DNA of 64,000 bases from Candidatus Methanomethylicia archaeon. Its GTDB lineage: Archaea; Thermoproteota; Methanomethylicia; Culexarchaeales; Culexarchaeaceae. The notes beneath the pieces were generated by a model. It ran no database searches and was not told the DNA's origin. It was given only the letters and a program-made list of their open reading frames with translations. Made by a program: the position numbers and the translations under genes. Location: the NCBI GenBank assembly GCA_038727515.1, contig JAVYVS010000002.1, positions 75,683 to 139,682 of the forward strand, read 5' to 3'. Shown piece after piece: positions 57,504 to 64,000 of this stretch (its first letter is position 1; every line of letters begins with the position of its first letter).

Positions 57504-58114
57504 ATATTTTGGAGTATTATCTCAATACCCCCATAAGTGATGAAGATATTAGGAAACTTAAGGTTGGAGACATAGTTTATTTAAGTGGTATTATAGTTAC
57601 AGCTAGAGATGCAGCTCATAATAGAGCTTTATCCATATTGAATTCCGGTAAACAATTACCAATAGATTTAAGGGGTTTAGCTGTTTACCATTGTGGTCCA
57701 GTTGTTGATAAGAGGAATGGAGAATGGGTTATTGTAGTTGCAGGACCCACCACTAGTACTAGGATGGATGCATTAGAATATGATTTCATTGAGAAAACTG
57801 GTGTAAAGATGGTTATTGGTAAAGGTGGTATGGGTAATAGAACTGTTGAAGCTTGTAAGAAGTTTGGTGCAGTCTATACAATATTTACTGGTGGTGCAGC
57901 AGTTTTAGCTGCTAAAGGTATGAAGAGAGTTTTAGATGTACATTGGCTTGATTTAGGTGTTCCAGAAGCTCTATGGGTTATTGAAGTTGATAAATTTGGG
58001 CCATTAATGGTTACCATTGATTCTCATGGAAATAACTTCTATGATTCCATTAATAAAGAGGTTTATAGAAGGCTTAGGGAAGAGATTTATCCAAAGATTG
58101 GAGTTAAAGCTTAA
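57494..58114 (+). CDS. fumB: class I fumarate hydratase / Fe-S hydro-lyase, beta subunit
   Basis: 206 aa with the typical beta-subunit sequence (HCGPVV..., GKGGMG). Confidence 0.85.
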   Translation: MEVNILEYYLNTPISDEDIRKLKVGDIVYLSGIIVTARDAAHNRALSILNSGKQLPIDLRGLAVYHCGPVVDKRNGEWVIVVAGPTTSTRMDALEYDFIEKTGVKMVIGKGGMGNRTVEACKKFGAVYTIFTGGAAVLAAKGMKRVLDVHWLDLGVPEALWVIEVDKFGPLMVTIDSHGNNFYDSINKEVYRRLREEIYPKIGVKA

Positions 58115-58115
58115 T

Positions 58116-58613
58116 TTAAACAATATTTTCTTTTTGATATATTCCTTCATATATTTTATGTGGTTCTCCACTTAATTTAATGAATATTAATTGTACTATC
58201 CTTGCATTTTTATATAGGTATATTCCCTTTTCATTGAATACATGTAGTAGACTTTCACTTCTACCAATATATCCTGGATCCCATATAGCTGTATATATTG
58301 TTGCTCCACATCTTATTAATGATGATCTTGGATATCCAATTGCTATAACATCCTTTGGCATCTTTATTATTTCATTATACTTTACTCTATATACTCCTGC
58401 TTCTAAGAATATTTTTCCATCTTCTCCAAAGGATAATGGTTCTGTTTTCGGTATCTTCCTAAATTTATTTGTTAAATCTATAACTCCTGCTTCCAAAATT
58501 CTTTCAATACTATTCAATGTTAATTCTATACCAGCTGGTTGAACTTGTAATTCTGGATTTACCAAATTTTCCACAATACCCATTTTATATGCTTCTAATC
58601 CAGTTATAATCAT
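58116..58613 (-). CDS. dcd: dCTP deaminase/dUTPase-family protein
   Basis: Jelly-roll dUTPase-like motifs (AGIELTL; IWDPGYIGRSE) in 165 aa. Confidence 0.65.
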   Translation of the reverse strand: MIITGLEAYKMGIVENLVNPELQVQPAGIELTLNSIERILEAGVIDLTNKFRKIPKTEPLSFGEDGKIFLEAGVYRVKYNEIIKMPKDVIAIGYPRSSLIRCGATIYTAIWDPGYIGRSESLLHVFNEKGIYLYKNARIVQLIFIKLSGEPHKIYEGIYQKENIV

Positions 58614-58615
58614 GT

Positions 58616-61411
58616 TTACTCACCCCAAAACATTCTAGTCCTTAAATATTCCTTTTCTGCTTCTAATATTTCAAGGTAAAATTCTTCTTCAGTTTTTTGA
58701 GGTCCTCTAAGTATTCTTGAAGCTGTTGTAGGTCCAATTCCTCTTGCAGCTAATGCTATTAATGCTCTTTTACCATAACTCATTATTAGACTTATACTTT
58801 TCTGGAAGTTTTCTAAATCCTTCTTTTCATCTTCACTTAGCTTTCTACCTTTAAATTTTTTATCAATTATTTTTAGGATGTCTTCTCTATATGTTGTTCC
58901 TATAGCTTTAGCTCCACATTTTGGGCATGTTATTTCATCTGGAATATATTTCAATCTATATTTACCCATCCATTTTCTACAATGTATACATGCCAATATA
59001 ATCTCTCTATTTTGAATTCTCTCTTTAACTATTTCCACTAGATTTAATGGGGCTTCTGAACTTGGAATTAAACCTTGTGGTAATGTTTGCATTAATATTT
59101 GCTTTGTTAATGGTGAAATTTCTTCATTTAAATTCCTCCTTACAACTATTATCTCCACTTTTCCACTATTAATATCATTTAGATACTTTTTTACCGATTC
59201 TACTTCAAAATAATCTTGTAATGCTTCTCTAATAGCTTCCCCTTCAACGATGCTTCCTTCTAAATATGGAATTATTGATTCTATCCTACTAATTTTTGCT
59301 TCTTTCTCTATTACCCCCATCCTTCTAGCAACATGGAAAATCTTCCATTTATATTCTGATGTATTCTTTAAAGCTTTCACTAAATCTTCCATTTCCATAT
59401 TTATTTCATGTATTATTTGAATTATTGATTCTGGATTTAATGGTCTTGAGGTTATTAATGCTATCCTATATGGATCGCTTGCTATTCTCACATTAATTCT
59501 AAGTTTTTCATGTATTTTCAATGCTATTAATGATGCTATAGTCCTATTACCATTAGTTCCAAGTGGTATATGTATCACTATTATCTTACCCAATCCTTCC
59601 ACTATAACCCTCTTTGATGTTGGTATCTTAATTCCAAGTTTAACATGTTCATTTAATGCCCCCCTAATTTTACCTAAAATCTCCCCTCTTAATGGGTATC
59701 CACTCAATCTTTCACCTTTAAATATTTTCTCCCTTAAATCTGCAGCTTCCATGGCTACATCTACTGGTACTGGTATTAATTCTCCAATCCATGCTGGTAT
59801 TGCAGCTAAATCTTCCCCCATATATTCCACGTAAATTTTCAATTCATTTTCATCTATGTTTATAATGTTCCATGTTCTTCCAGCTAATATAAATGGTTCC
59901 TTTCCATGTATTACTACAAATTCTTCATCTAAATTTCCAATGGGTCTTCTATCTTCTACTGATATTACAGTAAACTTTCTAGTGTCTGGTATTACTGATA
60001 AATTTTCATAGTAGTATTTCCAAGTTCTATTTTTCCTCACCTTTAAATTTCCATCTTCCCCATAATATTTTATTACGCCTATTTCCGATAGGAATGATGC
60101 AACTTCAATTACATCTTCTTCTTTTAAATCTCTATATGGGTATGCTTTGCTAAATATCCTTTTTACATCCTTTACATTTATGGATCCTAAATCCAATATT
60201 AATCCAACCATTTGATGTGCTAATACATCTAAAGCTTTTTCATGCATCTTTAAATCCTCTATCCTCTTCTCCATAACTCTCTTTGCCAATACTGCAGATT
60301 CAATTATATCATCTATTGTAGATGCTATTATTGTTCCACATGATGTTTCCCAAATTTTATGTCCAGATCTTCCGACTCTTTGCATTAAGTTTGTTGCTTG
60401 TCTTGGTGATGTATATTGTATAACATGGTCTATCGATCCAATATCTATCCCAAGTTCTAGTGATGATGTACAGATCAAAAGTTTTATTATTCCATTTCTA
60501 AATTCTTCTTCAATTCTTATCCTCTCCTCTTTTGATATTGAGCCATGATGTACTCCAATTTTAAATGGTGGATTTAACTTCTTAATCATAGTTGATAATG
60601 CTTCAGCAGTTTCTCTAGTGTTTGTGAATAATAGTATAGAATTACCTTTTGAAGCTAATTCTATTATCCTCCTAAGTCTCTTTACCATGTGTACTGGTAT
60701 ACCTTCTACTTCTGAATAATTTTCTTCATCATCAAATACTGCTTCAACATTTATTTCGAAATTCTTCTTTTCTGTTGAATCTATTATCTTTACTTTCCTA
60801 TCTGTTCCAGCTAGGAATTTCGCTGCTAAATCCCTATTCCCTATAGTTGCAGATAATCCTATTCTCTGAATCTCCTCCTCACATACTTCTTCAAGTCTCT
60901 CTAAAGCTAATGCTAGTTGAGCCCCCCTCTTATCGGATACTAGCTCATGTAGCTCATCTATGACTACATATCTTACTTTTGATAGATGTTTACGTATAGT
61001 TTTACCTGGTAATATTGCTTGTAGTGTTTCTGGTGTTGTTATCAATATTTTTGGCGGTTTTAAAGCTTGTCTCCTCCTAATTGATTCAGGTGTATCTCCA
61101 TGTCTAACTTCTATTGATATTCCAGCTTTCTCAGCTATTTCCACCATCCTCTTCAATATATCCCTATTTAAAGCTCTTAATGGTGTTACGTATATTGCCC
61201 TTATCCCTCTAATATCTTCATTCATCATCATACTTATTATTGGGAATAATGCTGCCTCAGTTTTACCCGATCCCGTTGGTGCTATTAATAATATATTTTC
61301 TCCATTCAATATTTCTGGTATTGCCTTCTCCTGTGGTTCTGTAGGCTCTATATATCCATAATCCAATATTATCCTTCTAAGTTTTTCATTTAATTTTTGA
61401 AATGCGTTCAT
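58616..61411 (-). CDS. lhr: Lhr-family ATP-dependent DEAD/DEAH-box helicase
   Basis: Q motif/Walker A APTGSGKT, DELHE, SAT and helicase C motifs, followed by an Lhr-type C-terminal domain with a CxxC...CxxC zinc site. 931 aa. Confidence 0.8.
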   Translation of the reverse strand: MNAFQKLNEKLRRIILDYGYIEPTEPQEKAIPEILNGENILLIAPTGSGKTEAALFPIISMMMNEDIRGIRAIYVTPLRALNRDILKRMVEIAEKAGISIEVRHGDTPESIRRRQALKPPKILITTPETLQAILPGKTIRKHLSKVRYVVIDELHELVSDKRGAQLALALERLEEVCEEEIQRIGLSATIGNRDLAAKFLAGTDRKVKIIDSTEKKNFEINVEAVFDDEENYSEVEGIPVHMVKRLRRIIELASKGNSILLFTNTRETAEALSTMIKKLNPPFKIGVHHGSISKEERIRIEEEFRNGIIKLLICTSSLELGIDIGSIDHVIQYTSPRQATNLMQRVGRSGHKIWETSCGTIIASTIDDIIESAVLAKRVMEKRIEDLKMHEKALDVLAHQMVGLILDLGSINVKDVKRIFSKAYPYRDLKEEDVIEVASFLSEIGVIKYYGEDGNLKVRKNRTWKYYYENLSVIPDTRKFTVISVEDRRPIGNLDEEFVVIHGKEPFILAGRTWNIINIDENELKIYVEYMGEDLAAIPAWIGELIPVPVDVAMEAADLREKIFKGERLSGYPLRGEILGKIRGALNEHVKLGIKIPTSKRVIVEGLGKIIVIHIPLGTNGNRTIASLIALKIHEKLRINVRIASDPYRIALITSRPLNPESIIQIIHEINMEMEDLVKALKNTSEYKWKIFHVARRMGVIEKEAKISRIESIIPYLEGSIVEGEAIREALQDYFEVESVKKYLNDINSGKVEIIVVRRNLNEEISPLTKQILMQTLPQGLIPSSEAPLNLVEIVKERIQNREIILACIHCRKWMGKYRLKYIPDEITCPKCGAKAIGTTYREDILKIIDKKFKGRKLSEDEKKDLENFQKSISLIMSYGKRALIALAARGIGPTTASRILRGPQKTEEEFYLEILEAEKEYLRTRMFWGE

Positions 61412-61685
61412 GGTTAATTTAAATCTCCCTAATTATCTTCTTGAATTCTGAACTTGCTTCTAATTCCTTTTTCAAGTGATCTCTTATAGCTGCTCTAATG
61501 AATTCACTTCTACTTGGATATGTTCCTATCCTTATCAATTCATCCATTGCCTTCACATATTGTTCTGGAAGCCTTATACATATAACCTTCATATACTTCC
61601 CAAAACCTAAATTTGTGTTTGTTCAATATAAATTATTGCAAAAAGTATATTTAATTTATAGTACAAGATTTTTTGGTGGATTTCT

Positions 61686-62444
61686 TTGTCTATTATTGTT
61701 GAAAGGTTTAAAACTGGAATTGCTGCTTTAGATGAAGTTCTACCCAATGGTATCCCTAGGAATAATATGATTTTAATTTTAGGTGAAGGTGGAACTGGTA
61801 AATCTGTATTTATGGTTCAACTAATGAATTATAGACTTAACCTGGGTGAACCATGTATATTCATTTGTTTTGATGATATTCCATTGGCAATATTTCAATC
61901 AGCTGCATCCTTTGGATGGAATTTTATGGATTATGCTAATAAGGGGTTGCTTAAATTCGTAGATTGTTTTTCATTTAGAATGAGTCCCGATAAAACTTCA
62001 ATACCTGAATATATAATATACGTTGAAAATCCAAGGGAACTCTACAATTTAATAGATGTTGTAACTACTTTAATGGATAAATTGGAGATGAAGAATAGAG
62101 GTGCAATATTCATAGATTCTGTAACAGAATTATTTAGTTTAAGTGAAACTGCTATTGCACTTGAAGCTGTAAAAATTCTTAGAGCTGAATGCTCTAAGGA
62201 GCGTAACGTCCCAATATTTGGAACCTTCCATTTTGGCATTAAACCATTTGATGATATTGAACAAATATTGGAGTATGTTGTTGATGGACTCATAGATTTA
62301 AGATATGATCCACAGTATATGCAACAAGGATTTCTAATTAAACAATTTAGAGTTAGGAAGATGAAGGGTGTCCCCCACCATACAAATTGGGTTAACTTTA
62401 ACATTGATTCCTCTGGAATATTTAAGATTGATACTAAGAGTTAA
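61686..62444 (+). CDS. KaiC/RecA-superfamily single-domain ATPase
   Basis: Walker A GEGGTGKSVF, Walker B ...IFIDSVTE, and a KaiC-like N-terminus (GIAALDEVLPNGIPRN). Confidence 0.7.
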   Translation: MSIIVERFKTGIAALDEVLPNGIPRNNMILILGEGGTGKSVFMVQLMNYRLNLGEPCIFICFDDIPLAIFQSAASFGWNFMDYANKGLLKFVDCFSFRMSPDKTSIPEYIIYVENPRELYNLIDVVTTLMDKLEMKNRGAIFIDSVTELFSLSETAIALEAVKILRAECSKERNVPIFGTFHFGIKPFDDIEQILEYVVDGLIDLRYDPQYMQQGFLIKQFRVRKMKGVPHHTNWVNFNIDSSGIFKIDTKS

Positions 62445-63168
62445 AATTCCATAAATACTCAAAATATATTTTTGCTATTTTAGTTAGATCTTTATTGTTG
62501 GACCATATTGCTATTAGATTCTTATTTCCTCCACTTAATAGTATTATTGTTTCTTCATCATCAATTATTAATCCTCCACCAAACATCTCCTTTCTTACAT
62601 TGATTTCAAATCCATAATTACTTATCAAATCAATTTTATTCAATGTTTTTTCATCTAATAGTATCCTCACCTTCACTCTCTTCTTCAAATTCATTAATGC
62701 ATCTAAAATTTTCCCATGGATTTCAAGAATTCCCCCTGAAATTGCTATATCCAAATTTCTACGAACATTTTTCAAAGAATTTAAAGCTTTTTCAATTATG
62801 ATGTTTTCACCTTTAAGTATTATTATTTCAGATTTCTCTTCAAAACCAATTTTATCATATATTGGCTGAAGTTCTTCAATAATCTTATTACCTTGCAATT
62901 TTAATTTTTCCATTTCATTCTTCATTAATTCTTCAACCACTTGTATTGGTGGTTTAGCTCTATACCTTTTGGGTTTTCCTTCTTCTATTGTTATCCAACC
63001 TTTATCTCTTAAATTTAATAGTACATTATGTATTTTTGCATATGGGATACCTGCTTTTTCACTTATTTCTTTTGCATTTAATTCCCCTTCTCTAATCATG
63101 ATTACATATGCCTTTGCTTGATATAATGTTAATCCAAACCTTCTTAGGACATTTACTATACTCTCCAA
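62434..63168 (-). CDS. TrmB-family transcriptional regulator
   Basis: N-terminal TrmB HTH (LTLYQAKAYVIMIREGELNAKEISEKAGIPYAKIHNVLLNLRDKGWI) plus a C-terminal effector domain. Confidence 0.75.
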   Translation of the reverse strand: MESIVNVLRRFGLTLYQAKAYVIMIREGELNAKEISEKAGIPYAKIHNVLLNLRDKGWITIEEGKPKRYRAKPPIQVVEELMKNEMEKLKLQGNKIIEELQPIYDKIGFEEKSEIIILKGENIIIEKALNSLKNVRRNLDIAISGGILEIHGKILDALMNLKKRVKVRILLDEKTLNKIDLISNYGFEINVRKEMFGGGLIIDDEETIILLSGGNKNLIAIWSNNKDLTKIAKIYFEYLWNFNS

Positions 63169-63259
63169 TTTAACCTACCATTCAACATTTGAATTGTTTG
63201 ATTAACTTAATATATATTCTATTAAATCACATATTTATTGAATTTGTTGAGGTGTATCT

Positions 63260-64000
63260 ATGAAGATTTTAAGGAGGACTCAAAGTCTATGTCCAGAGTG
63301 TTTAAAGGTTTTAGATGCTGAAGTCTATGTTGATGAAGATAATATAGTTAAGATTCGTAGAACATGTTCTGAACATGGATTTTTCAATGAAGTTTACACA
63401 TTTTCAGATCCTGAACTTTATGAATGGGCTGAGAAATATGCTCATAACCCCAGTGGAATTACAAAATCATTTACACAAACCGTTAATGGATGCCCCTTTG
63501 ATTGTGGTTTATGCCCAAATCATAAATCTGCAACTGTTCTAGCAATAATTGATGTTACAAATAGATGTAATATGCGTTGCCCAATATGTTTTGCTAATGC
63601 TGCTGCTTCAGGTATGGTTTATGAACCAACCCTTGAACAAATTAGGGATATGCTTATTAGGCTTAGGTCCATTGGACCTGTTCCTCCACCAGCATTACAA
63701 TTGAGTGGTGGTGAACCTACTGTTAGAAGTGATCTTATTGATATTGTAAGGATGGCTAAAGAAATGGGTTTTAGACATGTGGAAGTAAATACCAATGGTA
63801 TTGCACTTGCAAATGATATTGATTATTATAAGCGTTTATTAGACGCTGGTGTTAGTACAATATACCTACAATTTGATGGTTTTAATGATGATCTATACAT
63901 TAAGTTGAGGGGTATTCCAATGAGGAATATAAAGTTAAAGGTTATTGAAAATGCTAGGAAGATCGGTCATGAAAGTATAGTTTTAGTGGTTACATTGGCT
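63260..64000 (+). CDS. radical SAM protein with N-terminal zinc ribbon (partial, runs off window)
   Basis: CNMRCPICFA (CxxxCxxC) about 115 aa in, preceded by CPEC...C..H and followed by SGGEPT (SAM-binding). Confidence 0.7.
   Translation, partial: MKILRRTQSLCPECLKVLDAEVYVDEDNIVKIRRTCSEHGFFNEVYTFSDPELYEWAEKYAHNPSGITKSFTQTVNGCPFDCGLCPNHKSATVLAIIDVTNRCNMRCPICFANAAASGMVYEPTLEQIRDMLIRLRSIGPVPPPALQLSGGEPTVRSDLIDIVRMAKEMGFRHVEVNTNGIALANDIDYYKRLLDAGVSTIYLQFDGFNDDLYIKLRGIPMRNIKLKVIENARKIGHESIVLVVTLA

Noticed and set aside
61498-61731. 77-aa ORF in the lhr / kaiC-like intergenic region
   Set aside because: The peptide is low-complexity and hydrophobic, and it overlaps the probable promoter region and the start of the KaiC-like gene.
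1-64000. CRISPR arrays, rRNA genes, additional tRNAs
   Set aside because: No regularly spaced direct repeats of 24-40 nt were found. Only one complete tRNA and one tRNA-derived fragment could be folded by eye. No rRNA-like conserved blocks were seen apart from the unassigned GC-rich stub at 1-110.

Overview
This is an AT-rich archaeal chromosomal segment, roughly 30% GC, with GC-rich islands. It carries housekeeping genes: arginyl-, valyl- and class-I lysyl-tRNA synthetases, family-B DNA polymerase, ribosomal protein eS26, TrmY, TrmI, PyrF, MoaE, class-I fumarate hydratase alpha/beta, a phosphohexomutase, AdoMet decarboxylase, a CofE-like ligase, an Lhr helicase, a dCTP deaminase-like protein, a KaiC-like ATPase, TrmB and a radical-SAM protein. 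The most striking feature is an 18-kb cluster laid out like a nuo operon, with homologs of A-B-C-D-H-I-J1/J2-K-N/M-L-M/N and no E/F/G genes. Its NuoD homolog keeps all four [NiFe]-hydrogenase cysteine ligands (RxCGxC..H and DPCxxC) plus a HycE-like C-terminal extension, and its NuoB homolog is hydrogenase-type. That points to an 11-subunit complex-I-like group-4 [NiFe] hydrogenase rather than a respiratory Nuo. Three inserts interrupt this cluster: EndoQ with a DedA-family membrane protein, the A-type ATPase Ao-sector genes (subunits I and K, with C on the opposite strand), and a FAU-1-like gene. A second feature is a decayed ~3.6-kb integrated element at tRNA-Arg(CCG), about 45-50% GC against a ~30% host background. 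It has a 15-bp direct repeat of the tRNA 5' end, a frameshifted tyrosine integrase, Fe-S/ArsR/ferredoxin/MvhD-like cargo and a PIN-domain remnant. Other items are a HEPN-MNT pair, an orphan AbrB-type antitoxin fragment, a split APH-like/P-loop kinase pair, an A24 prepilin peptidase beside four overlapping pilin-like ORFs, and several hypothetical gene clusters. No CRISPR array or rRNA gene was found. Every call rests on motif reading and recall of protein families, without database searches.
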